NCBI GenBank assembly: GCA_963817955.1
Contig: CAWFQK010000002.1
Location: 1,088,001 to 1,152,000, forward strand
Length of the DNA stretch: 64,000 bases
Direction: 5' to 3'
From: an uncultured Gemmatimonadaceae bacterium
GTDB lineage: Bacteria; Gemmatimonadota; Gemmatimonadetes; Gemmatimonadales; Gemmatimonadaceae
The notes beneath the pieces are model-generated. The model did no database searches, was not told where the DNA came from, and worked only from the letters and a program-made list of their open reading frames with translations. Below are positions 20,486 through 30,904 of the stretch, piece by piece. Every line of letters starts with the position of its first letter. The first letter of the stretch is position 1. The position numbers were made by a program, and so were the translations under genes.

Positions 20486-20941
20486 ATGATGTTTTTTGGA
20501 AGAAATTCCGACTGGCGTAGACATCTCATTCACGACGATGCCGGCATCGCCGCCGTGCTCTCTGCGACTCATCGTATCGCGGTGCTGGGCATCAAGATGG
20601 ACCCCTCCCAGGCCGCATATTACGTCCCCGAATACGCGCAGGGCGCAGGGCTCGAGATCGTGCCGGTGCCAATCTACTACCCGGACGTGACGGAGATTCT
20701 CGGCGAGCGTGTGTACCGGAACGTATCCGACATTCCAGGGGATGTGGACATGGTGAACGTTTTTCGTCGTCCGAGCGACGTCGCGGCGCACGTTGACGAC
20801 ATACTGGCCAAGAAGCCAAAGTCGGTCTGGATGCAACTCGGAATCCAGAATGATGCGGCGGCGGAGCGTCTGGCCCGCGCCGGCATCGACGTCGTACAGA
20901 ACCGCTGTCTGATGGTGGAGCTGCGCCAACACGGCAAATGA
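20486..20941 (+). CDS. CoA-binding protein (YccU-like)
   Basis: IAVLG, VDMVNVFRRP, VWMQLGI, VVQNRCLMVE. Confidence 0.92.
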   Translation: MMFFGRNSDWRRHLIHDDAGIAAVLSATHRIAVLGIKMDPSQAAYYVPEYAQGAGLEIVPVPIYYPDVTEILGERVYRNVSDIPGDVDMVNVFRRPSDVAAHVDDILAKKPKSVWMQLGIQNDAAAERLARAGIDVVQNRCLMVELRQHGK

Positions 20942-20956
20942 GGCGCGATGCAGCGC

Positions 20957-21916
20957 CTACTCTATCCGGATCTGCCCGCGCCTGGCGTCGAGAGTCCACC
21001 GATGCTCGGCGAGCCGTTGCGCTATGCTACGCTCGCCGATCGATGCCCAGTGGCCGGCTTGAAGTACAAGAATGTCATCGTGGGTCATGCGCGTCGCCTG
21101 GCCGCTCAGCGCCCTTTCCGCATCCGGCAGCGCTCCGCCCACGCGCAAGCTGATGCGATCGGTGCGTGGATCGAACGTAGGCGCGAAACGCGACAGCACA
21201 TCCAGACCGATCACGACGCCGCTATCCATACCGCGCGCGACTGAAACGGGAATGTTCGTATAGGTGAGGCGCCCAATCGTGACCGAGTCGGCCGTTGCTG
21301 GCCCAGCGCTGGCCGCGGTACCTCTTCCATCCGTCGATGCGAACCGGCGAATGCGTAGTGCCGCTGCCATCGAGTCGCTGAGCATGATTCCGCGCGGCCG
21401 GCACGAGATCACCGCCTCCACCGGATGCCCGTTCACTCGGAGCGTCGTACGACCAATGGTGTTATCGACGTCCGTATGTTGGTAGCCCACCGTTAGCACG
21501 GAGTCCGGCGCGATGATGCGCGTCGGATGCGCTATCAGCCATTCGGCGCGTTCGCGCTCACCAGCGCCAAGCGACGGCGCCAGGCCGGCGAGTGCCCGGT
21601 ACTCGCCAATCGAGAGATACACTGGCGCGAGATCGCTGGCGACCAGGGGAGCCCAGTCGCGGCCGCCAAACTGGATCGCCTCCTCCATCAGCGTTGCGCC
21701 CACTCGGGGCGCGCCGCGTTCTACCAGGTATCGTCCGAGCGCCCATCGGGCGCCTGGATCATGCGGCTTCGCGTTGACGGCAGCGTAGAACTCCGATTCC
21801 GCGCGAACAAGTGCGCCGGCGCGGAGCAGCGAATCAGCGGCGTGATTGAGCTGCGCGTCCGCGCCAGCGGCGAGCGCGAGCGTCCAGCCGATGGCGATGT
21901 AACCACGAACCATCAT
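20957..21916 (-). CDS. Secreted hypothetical protein (TPR-like N-terminus, degenerate retropepsin-like C-terminus)
   Basis: Signal peptide; TPR-like helices; VNGHPVEAVIS and VIGLDVL, without the catalytic DTG. Confidence 0.6.
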   Translation of the reverse strand: MMVRGYIAIGWTLALAAGADAQLNHAADSLLRAGALVRAESEFYAAVNAKPHDPGARWALGRYLVERGAPRVGATLMEEAIQFGGRDWAPLVASDLAPVYLSIGEYRALAGLAPSLGAGERERAEWLIAHPTRIIAPDSVLTVGYQHTDVDNTIGRTTLRVNGHPVEAVISCRPRGIMLSDSMAAALRIRRFASTDGRGTAASAGPATADSVTIGRLTYTNIPVSVARGMDSGVVIGLDVLSRFAPTFDPRTDRISLRVGGALPDAERALSGQATRMTHDDILVLQAGHWASIGERSIAQRLAEHRWTLDARRGQIRIE

Positions 21917-23559
21917 TGCTGCATCAACACCAGTGAAGCGAGTAATTCGACATCTGGATCCAACACGACCCGGGCAGGAGGAGTGCCGAGCGGAATCCGA
22001 AGCTCCGTCGTCGTACCCGGCGCCGCCGGCACCTGCATGATCCCGCGATGCATGGTCCCTGACGAATCGACGACGGCCACGGTGAGAGGAAACCGAAATA
22101 CGCCGAAGCGAGCTCGTTGCGTCACTCTGATGACGACCTCGCGTGCACTCGAGTCATACGACCACGTCGCGTTCACTTCAGGGAAACCCGGCCGTCGCAG
22201 CCACTGGTCGAAGAACCAGCCCAGCGACTGTCGAGACTCGTGCTCTAGGGCGGCGCGCAGATCGTCGGTCACGGCCGTGCCGTGCCGGTGCGCACGATAG
22301 TAACTCCGGAGGCCATCGAAGAAGGCGCGTTCGCCAACCTGAACACGCAGCATGTGCAGCACGAACCCACCTTTCTCGTAGCTATTCCTGTTCAGTAGCG
22401 CAAACAGATTGGTTTCGATCGTGTCGATCACGGGCCGCTTGGGAACCGAGATCGTGTCGTAGAGCACGGCCCGGCGGATTCCACTCATCTGCCCATGAAA
22501 TGCGCTGTCGCCACGTGCTGCACGAGTCCAGAGAGCGGAGAAATACGTGGCGAATCCCTCCGATAACCACAGGTGTGGCCAATCGCGCTCCGTCACAGCA
22601 TCGCCAAACCACTGATGCGCCGTCTCATGCGCGATCAACACGTCAGACACACTGTGGCGGCGGAACGCCTCGTCCGAGTAGAAGATCTCGCTGGCGTTCT
22701 CCATGCCGCCAAAGCGGGTGGACGACTGCACGTGCGCGAGCTTCTCATAGGGAAACGGACCGATGAGGCTCGAGAATAGCTGCACGATCTCACCCGCGCG
22801 CGCGAAGGGACCGGGCATGTAATCGCGCTGTTCCGGCGCCGTATACACTGATTGGGAAACACACCGTTGCAGCTCGGCGAGCCCACAATCCGTCTCGCCA
22901 AGGTCGAATCTCGCCAGCGGCGCCGCTGCAATTGCCATGAGATAGACAGGAATGCGCCGCGTTTCGCGCCACACCCACTCGACGTGCGATACGCCATCCG
23001 CCGTGGTCACCGTACGCGAAGAGAGAAGCATTCCGTTAGCGACTACCGTACGACCGGCGGGCGCGCGCACGCGCCAGGTCACCGTTGCCTTGTCGCTGGG
23101 ATGGTCGATACTCGGAATCCAGTGCCGCGCGCGATTCGGCCAGTTGTCGCTGAAATACGTCCACCGTCCAGCGCTATCCTGGTGCACGATGAGCCCATCG
23201 CTCACTGCGCCGCCATAATCCACTACAACAATGCGCGTGTTCGGGCGCCCTCGGGCCGTTGGAATCGCGACGATGCCGTCATGCTGCACGAAGGGCGTTT
23301 GTCGGCCATCCACCTTGACGCCATTCACCCGAAGATCGAGCAAATCGAGCATGAGCGAGTCGGCCGGCGCCGTGCGCGACACCGTCAACGTGGCGACCGC
23401 ATGAATGATCGACCCGCTGTCGGGGAGTTCGATCGCGATCGCGTAGTCCGTTACGGCGAACGCGGAACGATACGGGCGAATCTGCTGGGCGCCGGCCGCG
23501 GCGACAGACAGACACGCCATCGCGGCGGTGAAGCACGCTGCGCGCGAGAGGCGAATCAC
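21913..23559 (-). CDS. M1-family aminopeptidase, secreted
   Basis: GGMEN, HETAHQWFG...WLSEGFATY, YEKG; GTG start just after the kinase stop. Confidence 0.95.
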   Translation of the reverse strand: MIRLSRAACFTAAMACLSVAAAGAQQIRPYRSAFAVTDYAIAIELPDSGSIIHAVATLTVSRTAPADSLMLDLLDLRVNGVKVDGRQTPFVQHDGIVAIPTARGRPNTRIVVVDYGGAVSDGLIVHQDSAGRWTYFSDNWPNRARHWIPSIDHPSDKATVTWRVRAPAGRTVVANGMLLSSRTVTTADGVSHVEWVWRETRRIPVYLMAIAAAPLARFDLGETDCGLAELQRCVSQSVYTAPEQRDYMPGPFARAGEIVQLFSSLIGPFPYEKLAHVQSSTRFGGMENASEIFYSDEAFRRHSVSDVLIAHETAHQWFGDAVTERDWPHLWLSEGFATYFSALWTRAARGDSAFHGQMSGIRRAVLYDTISVPKRPVIDTIETNLFALLNRNSYEKGGFVLHMLRVQVGERAFFDGLRSYYRAHRHGTAVTDDLRAALEHESRQSLGWFFDQWLRRPGFPEVNATWSYDSSAREVVIRVTQRARFGVFRFPLTVAVVDSSGTMHRGIMQVPAAPGTTTELRIPLGTPPARVVLDPDVELLASLVLMQQ

Positions 23560-23560
23560 G

Positions 23561-24700
23561 TCAGCGGCCGAACAACTTGCCAAACAACCCGCCCTCGCCG
23601 GGCTGGGACGTGCCCTCGGCGGCCGCGGCCGCGAGCGCATCGGAGAATTCGATCGTGTTCTGGTGCCGCTCGTCCGGATTTCGCTGCAATGCCTTACCGA
23701 GTACGCGCTCGACACTCTCCGGAAAGCCAAATTCCGGCCGCATCTTCCGGAGCGGTGTTGGGTCGCTGCGCAGACGAGCGATCATCAGCTCTTGCTGCGT
23801 GCGCCCATTGAATGGAAGCTTGCCGGTAAGCATCTCATACGTCATGAGTGCGAGCGAATAGATATCGGTACGCGCATCGAGCGGCTTGCCACGCAATTGC
23901 TCCGGGCTCATGAATTCCGGCGTGCCGAGAATGATACCGGTCGCTGTGAGTTTCTGCAGCTCCGTGCCCGCCTTGCGTTCCTTGGCGAGACCGAAGTCCA
24001 TGACCACGGCGTAGTCGGAGCCATCGGCGGCCTTGCACACCATCACGTTCTCAGGCTTGAGATCGCGATGCACGATCTTCAGGTCGTGCGCCACGTGCAG
24101 ACCGGCCGCAATGTCACGCACCAGGCGCACGACCGAATCGAGCGGAATATGTCCGAGCCGATTCGTTCGATCGGAGAGGATCTCGCCATCGACGAACGGC
24201 ATCACCACGTACACCAGACCGTCTTCGGTCTCGCCGAGGCGGATGATATGGCAGACATTCGGATGGGCGAGCCGCATCCCGAGGCTCGCTTCACGTCGCA
24301 GACGCGCCATGGCGTTGGCGTCCTGTGACAGCGCCGCTGATAATACTTTGATTGCATATCGCTCGCGCGTCGCGACGTCATTTGCATGATACACGAAGGA
24401 CATCCCGCCCTCGCCCACTTTTTTCACGATCTCGTACCGGCCCTGAAGCGTCGTGCCAACGAGATTGACGTACGTGAGCGGCACACCTGCATCGACGTGA
24501 CCGTGCGGAGTCGTGGCGCGAGGTGGCGTCGCGGTCCCGGCGGAGCTTTCCACAACTGGCGTGGAGATCGCCGGGGTCATCACCGCATTTCCCGACGGCG
24601 TGAGCAACCGCGTCCCGTCGCGCGTGCAGAAGCGCGCGTCATCGGGGTACGTCTTGCCGCAGGCGGGGCAACGATTCATAGAGAAAAATGGCGATGCCAT
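23561..24700 (-). CDS. Hanks-type Ser/Thr protein kinase with N-terminal zinc ribbon
   Basis: CPACG...FCTRDG; GEGGMS, AIK, HRDLKPEN, DFG, GTPEFMSPE; no TM segment. Confidence 0.95.
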   Translation of the reverse strand: MASPFFSMNRCPACGKTYPDDARFCTRDGTRLLTPSGNAVMTPAISTPVVESSAGTATPPRATTPHGHVDAGVPLTYVNLVGTTLQGRYEIVKKVGEGGMSFVYHANDVATRERYAIKVLSAALSQDANAMARLRREASLGMRLAHPNVCHIIRLGETEDGLVYVVMPFVDGEILSDRTNRLGHIPLDSVVRLVRDIAAGLHVAHDLKIVHRDLKPENVMVCKAADGSDYAVVMDFGLAKERKAGTELQKLTATGIILGTPEFMSPEQLRGKPLDARTDIYSLALMTYEMLTGKLPFNGRTQQELMIARLRSDPTPLRKMRPEFGFPESVERVLGKALQRNPDERHQNTIEFSDALAAAAAEGTSQPGEGGLFGKLFGR

Positions 24701-24724
24701 TGCCCACCGTCAAATGCGCCTACG

Positions 24725-25681
24725 TCACCCCCCGAGAAGCTCGTGCAGTCCGTCCCATTCGATATTGCCGCCGCTCAGAATCGCCACGGTGGGGCCGCGA
24801 GGCGTGAACTTCTTCTCGAGAAGTGCCGCGACGGTGATCGCCCCGCTGGGCTCGACGACGAGCTTCATGCGGTCGAGCAAGAGCCGCATTGCCCGACAGA
24901 GTGCCGCGTCGTCCACGAGCACGACGTCGTCGACGTACCGCTCATGGTGCGCGAACGTCAGCTGCCCCACCTCGACCGCGAGGAGCCCATCCGCGAGGCC
25001 GCCGGTGTGCTCGAGTTTCACCGGCCGTCCCGCTGCGCGGGCGCGACTGAGCTTCGGTGCTCCCGTCGGTTCCACGCCGATGACACGCGCGTTCGGCAAC
25101 CGCAACTTGATGGCCGCTGACACGCCGGCGCTGAACCCGCCGCCGCCAACCGGCACGAGCACGGCCTCGACGTCCGGAAGGTCTGCCGCGATCTCCAAGC
25201 CCACGGTGCCCTGCCCTGCGATGATCGTCGGATGATCGTACGGCGGAACGAGCGTCGACCCGTCCTGTTTCACCAGCTCCTCGGCCTTGCTCATGCGATC
25301 GGCCGTCGTCCTGCCGGCCAGAACCACCCGTGCCCCTAGGCGCTCGGCACCACCGCGCTTGGCGGCCGTGACGGTCGTCGGCATGACGACCGTGGCTGGG
25401 ACTCCAAATAGTTTCGCGGCGAGCGCAACGGCTTGCGCGTGGTTCCCCGATGAGGGCGCGATGACGCCACGCTTCCGCAGCTCCGGATCCATGCGCGACA
25501 GAAAATTGTACGCGCCCCGGAACTTGAACGCGCCGCCACGCTGCAACACCTCCGGTTTGATCCAGACCGGTGCGCCGACCTGTTCGGAGATCGCGTCAGC
25601 AGGAAGTAAGGGCGTGCGAACGGCGACGGGCGCTAGCACCTTCGCTGCAGCCTCCAGATCGTCGATGGTCACCAAATGCAT
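24725..25681 (-). CDS. PLP-dependent threonine/serine dehydratase (no regulatory domain)
   Basis: GAFKFRGA, SSGNHAQ, PVGGGG, EPSGA, LSGGN. Confidence 0.93.
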   Translation of the reverse strand: MHLVTIDDLEAAAKVLAPVAVRTPLLPADAISEQVGAPVWIKPEVLQRGGAFKFRGAYNFLSRMDPELRKRGVIAPSSGNHAQAVALAAKLFGVPATVVMPTTVTAAKRGGAERLGARVVLAGRTTADRMSKAEELVKQDGSTLVPPYDHPTIIAGQGTVGLEIAADLPDVEAVLVPVGGGGFSAGVSAAIKLRLPNARVIGVEPTGAPKLSRARAAGRPVKLEHTGGLADGLLAVEVGQLTFAHHERYVDDVVLVDDAALCRAMRLLLDRMKLVVEPSGAITVAALLEKKFTPRGPTVAILSGGNIEWDGLHELLGG

Positions 25682-25686
25682 GTCGC

Positions 25687-26970
25687 TCAAGAGAACACCC
25701 GGTTCCGGCCAGTAGTTTTTGCCTTGTAGAGGGCGGCGTCGGCTTCCTGCAGCAGCACCTCGGTCGAGATGGAATCGTTGCCGCGGCCGAGCGCCAGCCC
25801 GACGGAAATGGTTTGACTCAATGAAGCTCCGGCAGGGCCGAATGTGTAGTCGTCGACGTGCTGCCTCAGGCGCTCGGCAAAGGTGATCGCCCCCTGCCAA
25901 CCCGTGTCCGGCAGAACGATCACGAACTCGTCGCCGCCAAAGCGTGCGACGGCGTCCGTATCACGCGCCGTGGATTTCATGATCGCCGCGAGCTGCTGCA
26001 ACACGATGTCGCCCACCGGATGTCCGCGCGAGTCGTTGATGTCCTTGAAGTGATCGAGGTCGATCGCGACGACGGCCACTGTGGAGCCCCGGCGGCGCGC
26101 GTGGCGCAGGTCGGAGCGGAGCCGCGCTTCGAGGGAACGACGATTCATGCAACCGGTGAGCGGGTCGCTGCCCACCTGTTCCGCCAAACGGTCGTGCATC
26201 GCCTGGAAGCTGCGAGCCAGCAGCGTGAGCTCATCGGGCCAGCGCTCCGCGCCAAGCTGCGGAAGCGTCGCGATCTCGCCGCGCTCCACCACCTTGCAAT
26301 ACATCCTCAATGCATCCATGCGTTCGCGAAAGCTGCCGAACGTAGAGATGAGCACCGTGCTGATGATCGAGAACAACACCACGTTGAAGGCGACAGCGAG
26401 CGTCGTGGGACGCGGGCCGGTCACGAACTCCGGCATGCGGAGCGTCGCCGCCACATACGCCACGACCGTGAGCGCCGCAGCCAGCGAACCGTGACGACGG
26501 CCGAAGTAGAACACTCCGAGCTGCATTGAAAGAAAACCGAGCAGCAGAATGCGATGCATCTGCTCCGGCGTGCTCGTGAGATAGCAAAACGTGGCGAGTG
26601 CGCCGATGTCGGCCGTGAGCAGCAGCGATGGGAACCAGAGCTGGACGCGGCGCGACGGCGAGTGCTGAAGCATCCAGGTCGTCGCCATGACGACGCCGAC
26701 ATAACAGGCGCCGATGGTCGCCATCGCGACGAACCCGTCATCGACCGTCGAGGGGAACAGGAGGGTCAGCAGCACCATGGCGCCGAGCGCGAGGTACCGG
26801 ACCCAGCGCTGCCACAGGAGCACCTCGCAACGCAGCTTTGCCTGTTCGGCGAGCAGTGCCTCTCCGAGCTCCACGGAAACCAGTGGCAGCTCCTGCGTGA
26901 CCCCCGCCACAGACAGTGGCAGGGTCGTCATCGTCGTCGGTTCGGGCTGACTGCGGACTGGAGAGGACAC
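25687..26970 (-). CDS. Membrane diguanylate cyclase (TM, HAMP, GGDEF)
   Basis: DPLTG, DLDHFKDIND, RDTD I-site, RFGGDEF. Confidence 0.93.
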   Translation of the reverse strand: MSSPVRSQPEPTTMTTLPLSVAGVTQELPLVSVELGEALLAEQAKLRCEVLLWQRWVRYLALGAMVLLTLLFPSTVDDGFVAMATIGACYVGVVMATTWMLQHSPSRRVQLWFPSLLLTADIGALATFCYLTSTPEQMHRILLLGFLSMQLGVFYFGRRHGSLAAALTVVAYVAATLRMPEFVTGPRPTTLAVAFNVVLFSIISTVLISTFGSFRERMDALRMYCKVVERGEIATLPQLGAERWPDELTLLARSFQAMHDRLAEQVGSDPLTGCMNRRSLEARLRSDLRHARRRGSTVAVVAIDLDHFKDINDSRGHPVGDIVLQQLAAIMKSTARDTDAVARFGGDEFVIVLPDTGWQGAITFAERLRQHVDDYTFGPAGASLSQTISVGLALGRGNDSISTEVLLQEADAALYKAKTTGRNRVFS

Positions 26971-27071
26971 ATCTGGCTTCGCGGGACGAGACTAAGCTAC
27001 AGTGTGGCAGCAGGGCCGGAAAGATTAGCACCTGCAACGATGTGTTCCATCCATCTGCCAACCCATCTCAG

Positions 27072-27110
27072 GACAAACGGGGTCAGCGCCAGGCGCTGAC
27101 CCCGTTTGTC
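27072..27110. terminator. Long perfect hairpin downstream of gyrA
   Basis: GACAAACGGGGTCAGCGCC-A-GGCGCTGACCCCGTTTGTC. Confidence 0.75.
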
Positions 27111-27129
27111 ACGCCGCGAACTCGGGAGG

Positions 27130-29655
27130 CTATTCCTCGTCGCCCTCGGATTCCGGGCTCACGCCTGCGGACTCGTCCATCCCCTCATCGCCCAGATCCA
27201 CATCGTCGTCGGGCACGACACGCGCGACGTCCATCACTGAATCGTGCGACTCGAGGTTCACGAGCCTCACTCCTTGCGTGTTGCGTCCAGCCACCCGGAT
27301 GCCCCGAACCGGCATGCGGATCGCGATGCCCTGCTTGGTGATGAGCATCAACTCATCGTCCGGCAGGACTTCCTTGATGGACACCGCGTCGCCGGTCTTG
27401 TCAGTGCGGTGGACGGTGATGATGCCCTTGCCGCCGCGCTTCTGCACGCGATACTCGTCGATCGGCGAGCACTTGCCCATGCCCAGCTCTGTGACCACCA
27501 GCAGGTTGGCCTCACGCTTGATGACCACCATGCCGATCAACGCATCGCGCGGTCCGAGCTCGATGCCCTTTACACCCGTGGTATCGCGACCCATCTCGCG
27601 CACGTCCTGCTCGTGGAAGCGAATGGACAGCCCGTGGCGCGTCGCAAGGACGATGTCGCTCGTGCCGCTCGTCACCTGCACGTCGATCAGCTCGTCGCCC
27701 TCCTCGATCTTGATCGCCTTGATACCCGTCGTGCGCACGTTCGAATACTGCGAGAGCGCCGTCTTCTTCACCGTGCCTTTCTTCGTCGAGAAGAGCAGGA
27801 ATTGATCGTCGGGGAATGAACGCACGGTCACGATGGCCGAGACCTTCGTATCGGCCGACACGTTGATCATGTTGACGATCGGCTTGCCCTTGGCTGCGCG
27901 CCCCGCCTGCGGAATCTCGTGCACCTTGAGCCAGAAGCAGCGGCCATCGTCGGTGAACACGAGTACATAGTCGTGCGTCGACGCGACGAAGAGATGCTCG
28001 ACAAAATCCTCATCCTTGAGCGTCGCACCGTTGTTTCCACGTCCACCACGTCGCTGCTTCTTGTATGTGGACGCCGAGGTGCGCTTGATGTAGCCCGAGT
28101 GCGAGATGGTGACGACCATCTCCTCTTCGGCAATCAAGTCCTCGATCGTAAACTCGCCCTCGTCGCTCGTGATCTCCGTGCGGCGCTCGTCGCCATACTT
28201 GCGAGCGATCTCCGTGAGCTCATCCTTGAGGATCTTCATGCGCGCGTCCTTGGAGGCGAGGAGCGCACGCAGATCCTTGATGAACGCCTGCACTTCCGTC
28301 AGCTCTTCTTCCAGCTTGTCGATCTCGAGGCCGGTGAGCTTGGCGAGGCGCATGTTGAGGATCGCCTCGGCCTGCCGGTCGGACAACTTGAACCGCTTCT
28401 GCAGTTGCGCGCTCGCCGACGGTGTATCCTCGGCCTTGCGGATGAGCTTGATCACTTCGTCGATATTGTCGACGGCAATCTTGAGCCCCTCGAGTATGTG
28501 TTCGCGCTCGAGTGCCTTGTCGAGATCGAACTGCGTGCGACGGACAATGATCTCATGTCGGTGCGTGATGTAATGCTCCAGCACCTCCTTGAGCGGCATC
28601 ACCTTGGGCACGAGGCTGCCCGTGGCCGGATCCGGCACGAGCGCCAGCATGATGACGCCGAACGTCGACTGCATCGCGGTGTGCTTGTACAGCTGGTTCA
28701 GCACCACACGCGGAATGGCGTCACGCTTCAGCTCGATGACAATGCGCATTCCGTCCTTGTCGGACTCGTTGCGCAGGTCGGATATGCCTTCGAGTTTCTT
28801 GTCACGTACCAGGTCAGCGATGTTCTCGATGAGCTTGGCGCTGTTGACCTGGTACGGGATCTCGTTGACGACGATTTGCGACTTGTTCGAGGATTCCTTT
28901 TCCTCGATGACCGCGCGGGCGCGCATGACGATGCGTCCGCGCCCGGTTTCCTGGTAATCCGTGATGCCGGCGCGGCCGTAGATATAGCCGCCCGTCGGAA
29001 AATCCGGACCCTTGATGAACTTCCGGATGTCGGCGCCGCTGGCCTCCGGATGCTCGACGAGGTGGATAATGGCGCTGACGACCTCGCGCAGGTTGTGCGG
29101 CGGAATGTTCGTCGCCATGCCCACAGCAATGCCCGACGATCCGTTGACGACGAGATTGGGAATGCCGGCCGGCAGAACCGAAGGTTCTTCGAGGTGGTCG
29201 TCGAAGTTCGGAACGTAGTTGACGGTGTTCTTCTCGATGTCCGCCAACAACTCCATCGCGATCGGCATGAGCCGCGCTTCGGTGTAGCGGTACGCCGCCG
29301 CCGGATCGCCTTCCACCGAACCGAAGTTGCCCTGGCCGTCGATCAGCGGACACCGCAGCGAGAACTCCTGCACCATACGCACGAGCGCGTCATACACGCT
29401 CGAGTCGCCGTGCGGGTGATACTTGCCTAGCACATCACCGACCACGGTCGCCGACTTCTTGTATGGACGTCCGGGCACCAGACCGAGATCGTTCATCGCG
29501 TACAACACGCGGCGGTGCACAGGCTTGAGCCCGTCACGCACGTCGGGAAGTGCGCGAGAGACGATGACGCTCATCGAGTAATTGATGAACGACTCTTTGA
29601 TCTCGTCGTCGATCAGGCGCGGGAGAATACGTTCGCGATTGTTGGGAGCGGTCAT
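27130..29655 (-). CDS. gyrA: DNA gyrase subunit A
   Basis: [31 protein letters not shown], GyrA box QRRGGRG. Confidence 0.99.
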   Translation of the reverse strand: MTAPNNRERILPRLIDDEIKESFINYSMSVIVSRALPDVRDGLKPVHRRVLYAMNDLGLVPGRPYKKSATVVGDVLGKYHPHGDSSVYDALVRMVQEFSLRCPLIDGQGNFGSVEGDPAAAYRYTEARLMPIAMELLADIEKNTVNYVPNFDDHLEEPSVLPAGIPNLVVNGSSGIAVGMATNIPPHNLREVVSAIIHLVEHPEASGADIRKFIKGPDFPTGGYIYGRAGITDYQETGRGRIVMRARAVIEEKESSNKSQIVVNEIPYQVNSAKLIENIADLVRDKKLEGISDLRNESDKDGMRIVIELKRDAIPRVVLNQLYKHTAMQSTFGVIMLALVPDPATGSLVPKVMPLKEVLEHYITHRHEIIVRRTQFDLDKALEREHILEGLKIAVDNIDEVIKLIRKAEDTPSASAQLQKRFKLSDRQAEAILNMRLAKLTGLEIDKLEEELTEVQAFIKDLRALLASKDARMKILKDELTEIARKYGDERRTEITSDEGEFTIEDLIAEEEMVVTISHSGYIKRTSASTYKKQRRGGRGNNGATLKDEDFVEHLFVASTHDYVLVFTDDGRCFWLKVHEIPQAGRAAKGKPIVNMINVSADTKVSAIVTVRSFPDDQFLLFSTKKGTVKKTALSQYSNVRTTGIKAIKIEEGDELIDVQVTSGTSDIVLATRHGLSIRFHEQDVREMGRDTTGVKGIELGPRDALIGMVVIKREANLLVVTELGMGKCSPIDEYRVQKRGGKGIITVHRTDKTGDAVSIKEVLPDDELMLITKQGIAIRMPVRGIRVAGRNTQGVRLVNLESHDSVMDVARVVPDDDVDLGDEGMDESAGVSPESEGDEE

Positions 29656-29801
29656 GTCGTGTCGGAGGAAGCGATCAGCGAGCGGCAAGTGCCTGGGCGC
29701 GCGCGGACTTCAGCACGCGGCGAAGGACCCCAAAATGGAGACATTCCGAGACTTCTAAATGTACCCGAAAACACAACGAAACGCAACGGCAAGAAGGCGC
29801 T

Positions 29802-29828
29802 GTAAGTTGTTAATTGTCAATAGCTTGC
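29802..29828. promoter_or_regulatory. AT-rich imperfect palindrome upstream of gyrA
   Basis: GTAAGTTGTT-AATTGTC-AATAGCTTGC. Confidence 0.4.
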
Positions 29829-29859
29829 AATGATCGTATTTCCGGTACTGTTGGGTGCG

Positions 29860-29885
29860 AAAAAGGGCGTCCGAACCGGACGCCC
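29860..29885 (-). terminator. Intrinsic terminator of the MscS-like gene
   Basis: Minus strand GGGCGTCC-loop-GGACGCCC followed by TTTTT. Confidence 0.8.
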
Positions 29886-29915
29886 CTCGCACCATGACGC
29901 CGAACCGTCGAGTGC

Positions 29916-30722
29916 TCATTCCGGCGGTGTGGACGATTCTGGCCGCCGCAGATCGGGGTTCGCCGGGCGGCGCATTTGCGCCTCTTCCTCATCAGCTTCG
30001 GCATCGGCCTGCTCCTCCTCGTGCCGTTCGCGCGCCAGCGCTTCCGAGCGCTCGCGACGATAGCGCTCGTACCAGTCGCGCGTGATCTCACCGGCAAGCT
30101 CACGGTTGCCGAGCCCGAACGACAGCGACAGCGCCAGCGCGATCGCTCCAAACAAAATGGCGAATGCTGTCGTCACGATGTCCGTCGCGATGCCCAGCTG
30201 CTGCAACGCCATGAAGATCGCGAGCAGGATGACGCCACCACGGCCCAATCGGGCGAGCGAACGCCCGCCGTGCACCGCACCCGCCGATGCGGCGATCAAT
30301 CCCCCGACGAATCCCCCGAGCACGATGCCGACGAGAATGATCACGATCGCCGCGATCACGCTCGGGATGTAGCTCACCAGCGTCGACACCACGTTTGCCA
30401 GCGAGTCGAGTCCGAGCGAGTTCGACGCGAGCAGGATCACGGTGAACATCACCAACCAGAACACCAGGTTGGCGAGCACACGCGTCGGATTCACGTGCGT
30501 CCCGGAGCGCTCCACCGCCTGAGTAACGCCGCCGCGCTCGAGCAGGTAATTCAGCCGAATCCGACGCAGCCCCCGCTCGACCCATCTCTCGAGCAGCTTC
30601 GCGAGCAGATAGCCGGCGAAGAGAATGACCAGCGCGCCGAGCAAGGCCGGAAGCGTCTGTCCGAACACCCGCTGGAAGCTCGTTTGCAGGCGATCGCTAA
30701 AATCGGTCGTGTCTTGTTGCAT
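29916..30722 (-). CDS. Conserved TM-helix protein (CmpX / mechanosensitive channel-associated)
   Basis: Two repeats of LP.L..A.VIL..G; LQQLGIA..IVTTAF...A.ALSFGLG. Confidence 0.85.
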   Translation of the reverse strand: MQQDTTDFSDRLQTSFQRVFGQTLPALLGALVILFAGYLLAKLLERWVERGLRRIRLNYLLERGGVTQAVERSGTHVNPTRVLANLVFWLVMFTVILLASNSLGLDSLANVVSTLVSYIPSVIAAIVIILVGIVLGGFVGGLIAASAGAVHGGRSLARLGRGGVILLAIFMALQQLGIATDIVTTAFAILFGAIALALSLSFGLGNRELAGEITRDWYERYRRERSEALARERHEEEQADAEADEEEAQMRRPANPDLRRPESSTPPE

Positions 30723-30904
30723 TGTGGGTGAATCTAAGGAGCTTGCGTCTGTGGCATAGGGTCAAACGGTCAGGCATCTCGTCTCCCGTGTCCCGTTGTC
30801 TGTGTGACCGCAGACGGCGCAACAGCCATTTAACGCAGAGAACTGCAAGAGAACGCAGAGAACTGCAGAGCTATCTGAGGTTATCCGTCAAGGGGAAAAG
30901 GACG

